From the UHGV virus genome UHGV-0180316: a stretch of DNA of 38,696 nucleotides; one strand, 5' to 3'. Shown here one piece after another: positions 17,572 to 27,227 of the stretch. Under the pieces are notes generated by a model that did no database searches, was not told where the DNA came from, and was given only the letters and a program-made list of their open reading frames with translations. The position numbers and the translations under genes were made by a program. The first letter of the stretch is position 1, and each line of letters starts with the position of its first letter. This stretch comes from a virus.

Positions 17572-18222
17572 CTAGACCCTCCTCATGGGCCGCATGTTAA
17601 TATCCTTAGGATAGCGCGCCTGCGTCTCCTGCTGGCTGATGTCCGCCACGGCCTGCTTATAATACTGTGCCCACATGTCCACGGGGACGCTCCCGCGGGT
17701 GAAAACGGCGGATTCGACGAGTGAGCCGTAGAGGTACAGGTCAGGATGCCGCAGCAGAATCTCGTTGTCGGGCTGTTCATCCCCGAGCGGGGGGATTTCC
17801 GCGTAGTAGGTCAGCTGGAGCTTGCCCGCCTGGTCAGGTGTTGGCAAAATGAACAGGTCATTGGCTTCAATGGTGAAGCAGTACGGGCGCCCCGTCTTCT
17901 CCAGCAGAAGCGCGTATTCATCAGGGGACGCGTACCACAGATTGACGCTTCCGTTCCCGTCAGAAGGCGTCCAGACAATATCCCGCATTTCAAGGAAAAC
18001 GTCCCATTGTCCGGGCACCCGTTTCATCGGGAGGGGCATTTGGCCCTGCCCCTTAGGAAGGGGGGCGTGCGCCCTGTGTTCCATCGCGCGCAGGCGCAGG
18101 GTTCTGTTGCCGCGCTGTTCCCACATACGGATAAAAACAGGGATACGCTCTGTGAGGTCTTCACGCCCCAGGTAGTCGGCTATCGCGGCTTTCAGCCCGT
18201 CATAAGTCGTGAGGTCAGCCAT
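17572..18222 (-). CDS. putative head-tail adaptor or head completion protein
   Basis: 216-aa ORF directly downstream of the capsid-proximal gene; position-based. Confidence 0.4.
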   Translation of the reverse strand: MADLTTYDGLKAAIADYLGREDLTERIPVFIRMWEQRGNRTLRLRAMEHRAHAPLPKGQGQMPLPMKRVPGQWDVFLEMRDIVWTPSDGNGSVNLWYASPDEYALLLEKTGRPYCFTIEANDLFILPTPDQAGKLQLTYYAEIPPLGDEQPDNEILLRHPDLYLYGSLVESAVFTRGSVPVDMWAQYYKQAVADISQQETQARYPKDINMRPMRRV

Positions 18223-18557
18223 TACACCACCTCATTTGTGGTGCGGAACACCCGGTTCACCGGGTCATTCAGGAACTTCCGCATGTCGTCAGGGTCGCCG
18301 AGGATGTCCAGCCCCTGCGCTTTGGCAATGTCCACGGCGGCTACGGGGATGCTCGCCACCTTGCGGAAGGTGGGCGCAAGCCGGAAGCCCTTAAAGCGGT
18401 CACGGTCACGGGCCGCCCTGTTCAGGCGCAGAATGTCCGTTACGTCCTGTTCGCGGAAGAGACGGAAATCATCCGTCACATAGTCCGTGATACCGTCTGC
18501 CGTCTGGCTGTATGGTGTTCCGGCCGTTCCCTGCTGAAGATTGACGCTCATATGCAC
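18222..18557 (-). CDS. hypothetical head-proximal protein
   Basis: 111-aa ORF immediately after the major capsid gene. Confidence 0.45.
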   Translation of the reverse strand: MHMSVNLQQGTAGTPYSQTADGITDYVTDDFRLFREQDVTDILRLNRAARDRDRFKGFRLAPTFRKVASIPVAAVDIAKAQGLDILGDPDDMRKFLNDPVNRVFRTTNEVV

Positions 18558-18598
18558 CTCAGAAGAGGGCCCACCCCGCAGGGCAGGCCCCTCAAAAA

Positions 18599-19549
18599 CT
18601 AGGCAGATTTCAGGTCAGCGAGCATACCGGAAGAGGCCTCATTGCGGGCCTCAAGGGTAGCTTCGGCCACGATAAAGCCCTTTTCAGAATCGCCGGTCAC
18701 GGCGAGGCGCTGTTCCTGGAACGGGCGCAGGTACGCCACTTTCCAATATTCGGGGTCGAGAACGAAGGCGCAAGCCTTCGAGTAGGTCACATATGCCTGA
18801 ACCCTGTTCGGCACGAGCTTCAGGGATCCGAAGTCGGACACGTACACGTCAATAACGGCCGTGGCCTTCTTCATTTCCGCTTTTTCCATCTTGGTGCTTC
18901 CGCCGGTCAGCACCTCAGACATTTTTACGCGAAGGTCCGGAGCCATCATGATTGTGTTCGGGTTGCCGCCGGCGTTGTAAATGCTGGTGAGCAGGGCTTT
19001 CAGCATGGCTTCAGTCGGCACACGGGCCGTTCCTGCCGCGCAGGCGGCGGAAGAAGTAGCGGCCGTGCCGGAAGTGCCGCCCGCAAAGTTGGTGGTGAGC
19101 CAGCAGGGGAGGCCCGTCATCAGCCTGCCGCTTGTGTTTTCGCCGGCCGCGAGCTGATTGCTCAGCAGGGCAAACTCGAGATCCTTTTTAAGTTCTTTCA
19201 TCCGAAGGGCCATCTGGTGGGTGTACTGCTTGGTCACACCGTTCTGCACGACGGCCTGCGCAGTGCCGGATACGCTCACGGCCTTCATCAGGATCTGAGT
19301 CTTGTTGCTCAGCTCCGTTGTGTTGGAGCCGGCGAAAGTCGTAACGTCAATGCCTTCTTTCTGGGCGTTGGAGCCGGGGGCCGTCAGGGCGTCCGTCTGC
19401 CACTCGTGCAGGGTCTGGGACGCCGTAGTACGGCCGCACATCGTCAGGAAAGGCGTGTCCGTAGGGGACACATCGAAAATCAGTTTGGAAAGATCGCGGG
19501 GTTTGCCGTTGACGTTGGCATCCTTAACCTGTCCGCTAACTACAGCCAT
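18599..19549 (-). CDS. major capsid protein
   Basis: 316-aa ORF following portal and scaffold in canonical order; composition typical of coat proteins; strong position-based call. Confidence 0.7.
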   Translation of the reverse strand: MAVVSGQVKDANVNGKPRDLSKLIFDVSPTDTPFLTMCGRTTASQTLHEWQTDALTAPGSNAQKEGIDVTTFAGSNTTELSNKTQILMKAVSVSGTAQAVVQNGVTKQYTHQMALRMKELKKDLEFALLSNQLAAGENTSGRLMTGLPCWLTTNFAGGTSGTAATSSAACAAGTARVPTEAMLKALLTSIYNAGGNPNTIMMAPDLRVKMSEVLTGGSTKMEKAEMKKATAVIDVYVSDFGSLKLVPNRVQAYVTYSKACAFVLDPEYWKVAYLRPFQEQRLAVTGDSEKGFIVAEATLEARNEASSGMLADLKSA

Positions 19550-19564
19550 ATGTTTTATCCTCCT

Positions 19565-20560
19565 CTAGTCCATAGCCGCGAGAGCGGCCGCAAGTGCATC
19601 TGTGCTGTTTGGGTTTTTACGGAAATGGGCGAACGCCTGCTTCTGAACAGAAACAGTGCCATCATTCACCCCGGAAGGGGCCTGTACCTTTGGGGCGTCC
19701 GCAACTTTCTGTGCGGCGGCGGCGCGGGCTTTAGCCATCCTGTCGTAAAGCATGGCCTTTGTGACAAGCTCAAGCTCGTACCCCTTAGACAGGCTGTTGA
19801 TAGCTTTGTCCGGAACGCCCGCATCCTTCATATACTGGTAAACTTCAGCCGTATACTTCTTGCCGTCGTAGCCGTCCCCGATAAGGGCTCGGATTTTTGG
19901 CTCAACGGTCTGATATTCGGCTGAAAGGTTCTGCTGGTACTCCTGCGCCCTTTTGGCTTCTACAGCCTGCGCCGTCTGCCGGATACGGGCGCCGAGCGCC
20001 TGCACAGCGTCCGTGCGCTTCTGTATTTCCCGTGCCATGCGGATATACTCAGACGGGTTCTGTTCGCTAAGTGCCTGCCAGTCGATACCGGCATACTCAG
20101 CTTTTGCCAGCTCATCTATGAGCTGATTTGCCTGCCCGAGAAGTGCCGCCGCGGCGTTAATCTGGTTGTCACGGTCCGCACGCTCGGCAAGGACGGTTTG
20201 CCTCTCCTGCGCTATAGCCTGTGCATGGGCTTCCGCCATGGCATGCACGGCCGAACGGGCTTCGGGTGCAAGCCCGCCCCAGGTATCAGCGTTGAACCCC
20301 TCCGGCATGGGGACTTCGGCCGGCTCAGTCGGGGCGGCCGGCTGTCCCTGCCCTTCTCCTTCCCCGTTCTGCCCGGCGTCATCGGGCTGTTCGCCCGGCT
20401 TAGGGGAGTCCTCCTCTCCGGAGGTATCTCCGGCGGGGTTATCATCCTTATTCAGTGCAGTGACAATATCATCCACGCTGTCAAGCGTGGACGGTTCAGC
20501 GGAAGCGGGGGAAGGGGTGTTATCAATGACCGTATCTACGGTCTGATTATCATTCGCCAT
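19565..20560 (-). CDS. scaffolding protein
   Basis: Acidic, highly alpha-helical, Ala/Gln/Glu-rich 331-aa ORF between portal and capsid. Confidence 0.65.
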   Translation of the reverse strand: MANDNQTVDTVIDNTPSPASAEPSTLDSVDDIVTALNKDDNPAGDTSGEEDSPKPGEQPDDAGQNGEGEGQGQPAAPTEPAEVPMPEGFNADTWGGLAPEARSAVHAMAEAHAQAIAQERQTVLAERADRDNQINAAAALLGQANQLIDELAKAEYAGIDWQALSEQNPSEYIRMAREIQKRTDAVQALGARIRQTAQAVEAKRAQEYQQNLSAEYQTVEPKIRALIGDGYDGKKYTAEVYQYMKDAGVPDKAINSLSKGYELELVTKAMLYDRMAKARAAAAQKVADAPKVQAPSGVNDGTVSVQKQAFAHFRKNPNSTDALAAALAAMD

Positions 20561-20562
20561 AA

Positions 20563-20844
20563 CTAACCTCTACATAATTTTTTGATTTTATTCAACATAT
20601 TGAGGAACACGCTCTCCTTAGTGGAAAAAGCCACATCCTCAAGCGTTTGGAGAAGGCAGGTCTGCACCCTATGGAGCGCCTGAAGGTCACGCCACAGGGC
20701 TTCACGTTCCCGGGGGGACTGTTCCCCCTTCCAGCGGGCGCATATGCCGTGCTCCACCTTTTTTACGGCCCCGATAAAAACGGGGCTCGTAAGGATGCGG
20801 TATGCCATTTCCGCATCCTCTCTGTCTTTCTGTGTGACGGTCAT
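20563..20844 (-). CDS. hypothetical protein between portal and scaffold
   Basis: 93-aa ORF, 4-nt overlap with the portal stop. Confidence 0.4.
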   Translation of the reverse strand: MTVTQKDREDAEMAYRILTSPVFIGAVKKVEHGICARWKGEQSPREREALWRDLQALHRVQTCLLQTLEDVAFSTKESVFLNMLNKIKKLCRG

Positions 20845-22952
20845 ACGCTCTGCTCCCTGATGTCAGTAAGGCCTGCGCCCTTTCCCCCCTGAAGCAGCTT
20901 TGCCATGTCGAGCTGTTTTTCAAGCTGCATTTCCTGAGATTTCAGCGCGGCGTTCGCCTGTACCTTAGCGGCCTGTACAGCCGTGTCAGACTGCATTTTT
21001 GTGGCTTTGCCTGAGGCGTCGTTCTGCGCCTGTGCCTGCTTAATCTGCATATCGAGCTGGGCTTTCTGGAGCGCGGTTTGCGCCTTGACCTTCTCCACCT
21101 GGACTTTTGCCGCGGTGAGCGGGTCCATGCCTTGGCCGGCCTGCTTCTGAAGGAGTATCTGCTGTTCAGCCCGTTTTGCGTCCTCTTCCGTCCCAAAGAA
21201 GCGTTCCGGCGCTTCCAGCCCGGCCGCCTCCACCATCTTATGGCACGTGTAGATGACGTTGCTAAGGCGCACGGGAGACGCCGTACTCAGCTGGGCGATA
21301 AAGGACTGCTGAATCTGGAGTATCTGCTGATAGGCGGCGAGCATCTTCTGGCGGCTTCCTGTCCCGAGCCCCACGGCTACGGATATGTCCATATCCGGGT
21401 CCCACTTACGCGGATCAAAGTCCATGAAGCGGCCCTTAAGGCGCACCTGCACTGTTTTGTTGTGATAGCGGTGCAGAAGGTTCAGCACGTAGCGGCCAAG
21501 CGGCTTAAAGAACATTTCTGCGTAGACGCGCGCTATCATCTCAAGGCGCTGATTGATCGCCTCTTCCATGATAGACGCCCCCGTAGCGGTCTGCTGGAGC
21601 GTATCAGCGTCAAGGCTTTGGGTGCGGGACGTCACGCCAGAGCGTCGCTCTACAAGCTGATCCGTGAGCTGGAGGCCCTGCACGGCCTCACCCGCCGAGC
21701 TGTTCACCGGAAGCGGGGTGATAGAGGCGCCTCCACGCACACGGTACAGGGCACCGGGCTTACGCGCAAGAAGCGAATCAATATCCGCCCAGCCCGTTTG
21801 GGTAGAGCCGTAGTCTACGACGAGTTCACCGGAGTTTGCGTAGCTCAGGGCGTCCAGATACGAGCGCGTCAGGTCTGTACGCAGGTCCTGCACATCGGCA
21901 ACGAGGTCAGCGAGGCAGAGCCCCACCACCTGATGCGGCATAGGCACGGAGCAGGCGGCAAAGAGGGGAGCGCGGTACAGCGGCCACTCTTCGACTGAAA
22001 GGACCTTCGTATCCGAGCCATCGCCCACGTAGACGACTTTAGCCTTTTCAGCCATGCCGTCGCCGTTCAAATCGACGTCCAGCCACGCCTCATACACCTT
22101 GAAGCGTCTGTTCTCGATACTTTCAGTCTCGTCAGCGCCGTCAGCGGCGGAGTTGACGCGCTGCCCGAGGCTCTTCTCTTCGGGGTCGTCATCCGCCCCG
22201 TAGACGGGAAGCTCTTCTATCACAGCCCGGCTGTAACCCTGCTGCATGAGCTGCGTGGCGGTTCGGATCTCCCAGTGAGCGATAAAGCGGGCATGCTCCA
22301 CGTCTTCGGCGTCCGAGGACACGATGACATTTTCCGAGGGGACGGGGTCGAGGCGCACGTCATGCGTGACGATCTTTGTCCGGACGGTCACGGTGCAGGC
22401 CATGCCGCCAGGCATAGACGGGTCGGGGTACTGCTCCACTTCTGCCATGCCGCCGCGGGCTTCCGTGTCGGCTATCATGGCCTGTGCTTCCTGCACGGAA
22501 AGACCGGTGAAGCGTTCCATCGTCTGATGCTCTTCCCGTGGTGCGTGTGCGAGGCACCAGCCTACCCGCTGATAAAGGCCGTCCTTCAGCGTGTCATGTA
22601 TCAGCCGGAACATGCTACGGCCGAAAACGACTTGATTTACGTAGAGGGTGGCGTCTGCGGCGGCCTGCTCCTGAGCGGGCGTGCGGGGGTCAAAACGGAT
22701 AATCTCATCGCCACCCGCGAACACGCGCATAAGCCCGGGCATGGCCCACTCAACCGTTTCCATTACGGTACGGTCCACGTAGGTAGAGAGGCAGCGTTTC
22801 TCCCGGTCATCGTCCACACTGTAGCCGTAGCCAAGATAGCGCTTTTTGAGTTTCACGCGGTCACTGGAGAGCTGGCCGCCCGGCGCGCCGAGCGCAGAAG
22901 TACTCTCCCGGATGATGAGCTTGCGTACTTTTTCTTCAATGTCGGTCAGCAT
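20841..22952 (-). CDS. portal protein, P22 gp1-like with extended helical C-terminal barrel
   Basis: 703 aa. C-terminal Q/A/K-rich tract QQILLQKQAGQGMDPLTAAKVQVEKVKAQTALQKAQLDMQIKQAQAQN mirrors the P22 portal C-terminus. Sits immediately downstream of TerL. Confidence 0.8.
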   Translation of the reverse strand: MLTDIEEKVRKLIIRESTSALGAPGGQLSSDRVKLKKRYLGYGYSVDDDREKRCLSTYVDRTVMETVEWAMPGLMRVFAGGDEIIRFDPRTPAQEQAAADATLYVNQVVFGRSMFRLIHDTLKDGLYQRVGWCLAHAPREEHQTMERFTGLSVQEAQAMIADTEARGGMAEVEQYPDPSMPGGMACTVTVRTKIVTHDVRLDPVPSENVIVSSDAEDVEHARFIAHWEIRTATQLMQQGYSRAVIEELPVYGADDDPEEKSLGQRVNSAADGADETESIENRRFKVYEAWLDVDLNGDGMAEKAKVVYVGDGSDTKVLSVEEWPLYRAPLFAACSVPMPHQVVGLCLADLVADVQDLRTDLTRSYLDALSYANSGELVVDYGSTQTGWADIDSLLARKPGALYRVRGGASITPLPVNSSAGEAVQGLQLTDQLVERRSGVTSRTQSLDADTLQQTATGASIMEEAINQRLEMIARVYAEMFFKPLGRYVLNLLHRYHNKTVQVRLKGRFMDFDPRKWDPDMDISVAVGLGTGSRQKMLAAYQQILQIQQSFIAQLSTASPVRLSNVIYTCHKMVEAAGLEAPERFFGTEEDAKRAEQQILLQKQAGQGMDPLTAAKVQVEKVKAQTALQKAQLDMQIKQAQAQNDASGKATKMQSDTAVQAAKVQANAALKSQEMQLEKQLDMAKLLQGGKGAGLTDIREQSV

Positions 22953-24238
22953 ATAGAAAGCCTTGCTCCCTGCCTCAGGGGCTCCATCGCCCCAGTGTCT
23001 GTGCGGATGAATCCCACGGCGGCATATCGCATCGCGTCGGCGCCGTGTGAAGTCCAGTCATGCAGCGGCTGCGTCCTGAAGCACTGGTGCACCTCGTCAT
23101 ACTCCCGTTGGTATCCCCAGAGAGCGGAGAGCCCCTGCGAGCACCTATCCTTATCTATGTATGAGCAGGCAAGAACCTGCCGCACGCTCTCTATGCCGTC
23201 CATGACGGGGATTTGTGGCGCGGCCGTGAAGCCTATACCCAGCCGGCGGGCCGTCTCAAGGCGGGTCACACCCGTACCCAGCTCCCGCACGGCTATATCG
23301 TGGGGGGCTATGTGCTGCCCGTAGCGGTATCCCTTCTTGGCCAGAACCTCCGCGTAGTGCGCCAGCCCCTCTCCGGCGGCCTCGTAGTAGTCAACGAATC
23401 GGTACTGTCCGCGGGTGGTGCCGTCGCTCACCCACTGGAAGAACCAAATCGCCGTGGAATCAGCCATACCCAGGTCCCATGCAGTGTGGACAAGCAGTGT
23501 CGGATCCACCGGCACCGAGCCGATACGGCCGGCGCTTTCCGCTTCCTGGAGAAGACGGCCATAATACGAGCCCTGCGCCACCAGCAGCGGATTACCCTCC
23601 CATACGCAATCGTACTTGTCCGGGTCAGTTTTTTTGCAGTGCTCCATTTCTGCCTTGAGCACATCCGGGAACCACGGGTTATCGCGCCACGTGACCTTCC
23701 GGACATATGAGCCGGGCGGCGGCGTGTGCACGATAAAACGCTGCCAGACGGGAGCATGAACCCTGTTCGGGTTGAAGGAAATCCATATCTCCGAGCCCGC
23801 CGTGCGCATGGTAGGGATAAGCAAATCAAGCGACCGCTCCGATACCGTCTCGGCTTCTTCGATCCAGCAGTGCGTGAGGCCTTCATACGACTTGATTTTT
23901 TCAGGTGACGTCCGGAGGCCGGAAAAGATGAAAAGCGAGCCATTACGGCCGCGTATCTCGCTGTCGGTCGACGTGTAAAAGTCGTCCATTCCTAGGCGCT
24001 GTATCTCATCGTCGAGCAGGCGCTTCACGCTGTCCCGGATGCTGTTCTGCACCTCACGGGCGCAGAGACACCGGATAGGACGGCGGCGCCCCTCTATCAG
24101 CAGGGCAGACGCGAAGGCACGGCTTTTGCCGCCACCACGGCCACCGTAGAAGACCTTATAGCGGTGCGGGGTAAAAAGCTCCTCGAAGGCTTCAGGGAAG
24201 AAGGCGTCCACGCGGTGCACTACTCTGTCGCTGCGCAT
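22946..24238 (-). CDS. terL: terminase large subunit
   Basis: Walker A YGGRGGGKS; nuclease-domain acidic residues in the C-terminal half; overlaps the portal start. Confidence 0.9.
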   Translation of the reverse strand: MRSDRVVHRVDAFFPEAFEELFTPHRYKVFYGGRGGGKSRAFASALLIEGRRRPIRCLCAREVQNSIRDSVKRLLDDEIQRLGMDDFYTSTDSEIRGRNGSLFIFSGLRTSPEKIKSYEGLTHCWIEEAETVSERSLDLLIPTMRTAGSEIWISFNPNRVHAPVWQRFIVHTPPPGSYVRKVTWRDNPWFPDVLKAEMEHCKKTDPDKYDCVWEGNPLLVAQGSYYGRLLQEAESAGRIGSVPVDPTLLVHTAWDLGMADSTAIWFFQWVSDGTTRGQYRFVDYYEAAGEGLAHYAEVLAKKGYRYGQHIAPHDIAVRELGTGVTRLETARRLGIGFTAAPQIPVMDGIESVRQVLACSYIDKDRCSQGLSALWGYQREYDEVHQCFRTQPLHDWTSHGADAMRYAAVGFIRTDTGAMEPLRQGARLSIC

Positions 24239-24603
24239 TTCTTAGGCCTCCCTGCCCGTTTATGCGGCCGGACGAAAGTAACTCTGATAGCCTGTTCGGT
24301 CTTTATCGGCTCGCCGTCGGGGCCGGAGCACTCTACGCGGGTAGTCTCTTTGTAGCCTAGACGCGTCTTAAGCAAAAAGATCATCATCCGCACATCGCCG
24401 TCCATCGCCATCTGATAGGCAGTCTTGGCTAGGCCCTCTGCGGCTTCCGCCATGCCGGCGTCGAGCTCAGGGGTATAGTACTTGACCAGCGTACCGGTAC
24501 TTACCCCTATCTGCACGGCTATCTCACGCTGTCTCACGCCGTACTTCGCGAGGGCGCGGACTATCGCCCGCTTCTCGTCTGTAGGGATATGCTCATCTCT
24601 CAT
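24220..24603 (-). CDS. terS: terminase small subunit
   Basis: HTH-containing 127-aa protein (GVRQREIAVQIGVSTGTL) immediately upstream of and overlapping TerL. Confidence 0.6.
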   Translation of the reverse strand: MRDEHIPTDEKRAIVRALAKYGVRQREIAVQIGVSTGTLVKYYTPELDAGMAEAAEGLAKTAYQMAMDGDVRMMIFLLKTRLGYKETTRVECSGPDGEPIKTEQAIRVTFVRPHKRAGRPKKCAATE

Positions 24604-24893
24604 CTGTCATACATCCTTTTTATGAGGCGGAAGCGCAGGGCGTCCAGCAGTATACCGCCGCTGTTCCCGGCTATCCCGCACAGCCCCACCAGAGCTATGT
24701 CAGGCACTTCATCCGCGAGGAGCGAAAAGGCCAGCACGCCGCAGAAGGCTGACACGACTATCTGTGTCAGCAGGTCGAGCCAGCCGAGGACACCCTTCCT
24801 CATGACGCGGACGACGCCGCCCACGAGCCCGAAAGTGGCCCCTAGTGCGCAAAGCTTCAGTAGCTCCCACCAGCCGCCGAGGTCGTGCATCAC
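24600..24893 (-). CDS. holin-like small membrane protein (3 predicted TM segments)
   Basis: 97 aa, three hydrophobic segments, charged C-terminus; sits in the lysis cassette. Confidence 0.5.
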   Translation of the reverse strand: MMHDLGGWWELLKLCALGATFGLVGGVVRVMRKGVLGWLDLLTQIVVSAFCGVLAFSLLADEVPDIALVGLCGIAGNSGGILLDALRFRLIKRMYDR

Positions 24894-25435
24894 GGGCGCC
24901 CCCCTTGCGTCTTCTTAATGTAAGCGTCTTTTGACGCGCTACCGAGACTGGAGCCGAGGTAGTACTGCACCACAGCGCCGAAGGCGGAGGAGAGCGTACC
25001 GAGGAGCATAAGGCCGGCGTCCCCGAGCTCAGCCTTTCCACCGTGGAGGACGGCCCAGAGCATGACAAAAAAGCCCACGGTGACTATGCATGCCACTATG
25101 GACGTAGCCCAGCTGGCACCGTGGCCGGTCTTGGCCAGCTCTACTTCTCGGTCGCGGGCGCTCATCCTGTCGGTGAGCTCTGCCTGCACCTGGTCCCGCT
25201 GCCACTGGAGGAGCTGTGCCTGCTGCTGGATCTCCAGATCCTTTATCTTTACGAGCAGGTCAGGGCTCTGTGCTATCGTCTTCTGGACGGCCGCAGGGTC
25301 AGGCTCACACCCGAGCGCCGACGCTATGAGTGAGCCGGCCGCTCCGGCGATAGCGCCCACGGGGCCGCCGAGGACGCTGCCCAGCACTGGCGCCGCCTTG
25401 GCTACGGCACGGCCGACGTCTGCCCACGCCATCAT
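24890..25435 (-). CDS. holin / lysis membrane protein of GTA_holin_3TM (DUF3154)-like architecture
   Basis: Start at MMAW (ATGA overlap with the upstream stop). N-terminal Gly-rich amphipathic segment, DP motif, coiled coil, C-terminal TM helices. Confidence 0.55.
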   Translation of the reverse strand: MMAWADVGRAVAKAAPVLGSVLGGPVGAIAGAAGSLIASALGCEPDPAAVQKTIAQSPDLLVKIKDLEIQQQAQLLQWQRDQVQAELTDRMSARDREVELAKTGHGASWATSIVACIVTVGFFVMLWAVLHGGKAELGDAGLMLLGTLSSAFGAVVQYYLGSSLGSASKDAYIKKTQGGRP

Positions 25436-26220
25436 AGGAGCTCCCTCGCCGCGAACTCCGCAAGCGTCATGCCAAGGGACGTGTGCGTAGTGTCCGGCAT
25501 ATCCTCTAGCCATGCGAGCGACGGACTGCCTACGTCTCGCTGCTCTCCTCCCACCTGCTGACACCCAAAGAAGCGGCATCCGGACGACGTGCCCAGTCCT
25601 CCGCCCGTGTAGTCGAGCCCGCGGTCTGCTCCGCTTATCCACGACGTCGCGGATAAGACGTCAAGGAGCGAGCCGTCATTCACTGCTTCGCCGAGGTGGT
25701 TCGCGTGGTCGACGACCCAGTGCCAGCGGGTGAGGGGCCTCGCCCTGGAAAAGATGGTGCCCGTGACATCGAGCGTGGCGCCGCGGTGGGCCCACGCCCC
25801 AAAGGTACGGACGTCGAAGCAGGCCCCCACACCCCAGTCATGCACCCAGCATTCCGACATAGACGCGCACACTCCGTCCTGCACTTCCGGGCACCGGCGC
25901 CCGCAGCCGATGAAAGCGCAGTGCTCGATGTGTACACGGCCGCGCCGCCTATCCTCATCAGGCCAGTCCCCATTACCGGCGAGGACAGCCTTCTTGCAGC
26001 CCAGGAAAACGCACTCCCGGATGACAGCTCGAGCACCATAGATGAGGTCGATCGCTTCGTCCTGCTCATCGAGCGAGACGGCAGCGAGGTCGAAGACGCA
26101 GCGCTCGATGAGCGCATCCCCATCTGCCCCGAAGACCTGGACGCAATCACCGCCCAGCCCGGGAGACGGGGAAGTGAAGACGGCTCCCGAGATATGCCTG
26201 CTCAGTCCCGCCATCAGCAC
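25432..26220 (-). CDS. Cys-rich right-handed beta-helix (PbH1-repeat) protein inside the lysis cassette
   Basis: Repeated strand motifs ERCVFDLAAV, RECVFLGCKKAV, EHCAFIGCGRRC, ECWVHDWGVGAC typical of parallel beta-helix repeats; about 14 Cys. Confidence 0.5.
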   Translation of the reverse strand: MLMAGLSRHISGAVFTSPSPGLGGDCVQVFGADGDALIERCVFDLAAVSLDEQDEAIDLIYGARAVIRECVFLGCKKAVLAGNGDWPDEDRRRGRVHIEHCAFIGCGRRCPEVQDGVCASMSECWVHDWGVGACFDVRTFGAWAHRGATLDVTGTIFSRARPLTRWHWVVDHANHLGEAVNDGSLLDVLSATSWISGADRGLDYTGGGLGTSSGCRFFGCQQVGGEQRDVGSPSLAWLEDMPDTTHTSLGMTLAEFAARELL

Positions 26221-26867
26221 CCCTCTACCAGCTCGGCGCAGAGCCCAGCTAAAAGCCGCCCTTCCGCGGCACGGCGCCCCAGGTACTCACCGCCCCACCC
26301 GTCACGGTCGAGGAGTGCGGCAGAGGCTTTCCGCCAGTCACCGCGGCGCAGGGCCGCGAGAGTGACAGGCGCGCGGCGCTCAGCTCCCTTCACTCCGCAC
26401 TGATAGACAAGCGAGAAGGCCACAGCCTGCACCTGCCATGGCAGGTCTGCGTAGGGCAGCGTGTGCCGGCCGCGGTCCCACCACGGCACTACCACGTCAT
26501 CCATGTATCCGCGGTGCTCGGCATCCGTGAGCTCACGCGCCTGCTCTACCGTGAGGGTGAGCGGGTGGTTGCGCAGCACGCGGAGAGCGGCCCCACGCTG
26601 GAGGCCTATATATATAATGATAGCATTTAGCGTGCCATCCGACACGCCCCAGCGTCTCAGCTGGCCGACTGTCTGCTGGCCGAGGTCGACACCCACGCCC
26701 ACAGTGACGCCGGACGCGCCCATCGCCTCGTAGTCAGTCACGGGCTCGCGGCCCGTGTAGTTCGCCGTCCCACCGGACAGGCGGCGGCACGGGATATACC
26801 CGCGGCACGTCATCAGCCCCTCGACCGACTGGAGCCACTTGAACACCTTTTTGTACTGAATCGACAT
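26214..26867 (-). CDS. endolysin, lysozyme/muramidase-like
   Basis: Start at MSIQYKKVFKWLQ (internal Met of the longer ORF, preceded by an AT-rich promoter region). GVTVGVGVDLGQ-type lysozyme core. Position directly after the late promoter. Confidence 0.5.
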   Translation of the reverse strand: MSIQYKKVFKWLQSVEGLMTCRGYIPCRRLSGGTANYTGREPVTDYEAMGASGVTVGVGVDLGQQTVGQLRRWGVSDGTLNAIIIYIGLQRGAALRVLRNHPLTLTVEQARELTDAEHRGYMDDVVVPWWDRGRHTLPYADLPWQVQAVAFSLVYQCGVKGAERRAPVTLAALRRGDWRKASAALLDRDGWGGEYLGRRAAEGRLLAGLCAELVEGC

Positions 26868-26960
26868 ATTTGTAACTTTCTGCAAGCGATTTTCTACATT
26901 TTTGTAACTTTTTATAGGAAACATGTCAAAAAATTGACACTTGCGCAAGGAAAAAGTTTT
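26868..26960 (-). promoter_or_regulatory. late promoter region for lysis, packaging and structural genes
   Basis: On the minus strand TTGACA-17 bp-TACAAA. Two direct TTTGTAACTTT repeats and a TTGCGCAA palindrome. AT-rich in an otherwise GC-rich genome. Confidence 0.4.
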
Positions 26961-27028
26961 TTGAAAAAAAAGCCTTCTACCATGGCAAGAAAAATCATCC
27001 TTGCCCACCTGTACGCCACGAGATAAGA

Positions 27029-27058
27029 GATGGCCCCGCGTGTGCGGGGCCATTCTTT
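27029..27058. terminator. intrinsic terminator (bidirectional-looking) separating the delayed-early genes from the late promoter
   Basis: GGCCCCGC-gtgt-GCGGGGCC 8-bp GC stem with AAAAAGAAT on one side and ATTCTTTTT on the other. Confidence 0.55.
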
Positions 27059-27214
27059 TTACATATGCTTCACGCGATCCGCTTCCTCGGCGCGCTTCGC
27101 GCCGTTGAAACGGTCCAATGTGCCGACAAGATAACCCGTAATACGGCGGATGCGCTCGAATTTTACGCCTTTGCCGACAAAACGCATCTTATTTGACATG
27201 TGAATACTTTTCAT
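27059..27214 (-). CDS. small basic protein (51 aa), candidate late-gene regulator
   Basis: MKSIHMSNKMRFVGKGVKFERIRRITGYLVGTLDRFNGAKRAEEADRVKHM; GGAGG RBS 8 nt upstream; ends at the terminator; below the track cutoff. Confidence 0.35.
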   Translation of the reverse strand: MKSIHMSNKMRFVGKGVKFERIRRITGYLVGTLDRFNGAKRAEEADRVKHM

Positions 27215-27227
27215 TTTTTTGCCTCCA

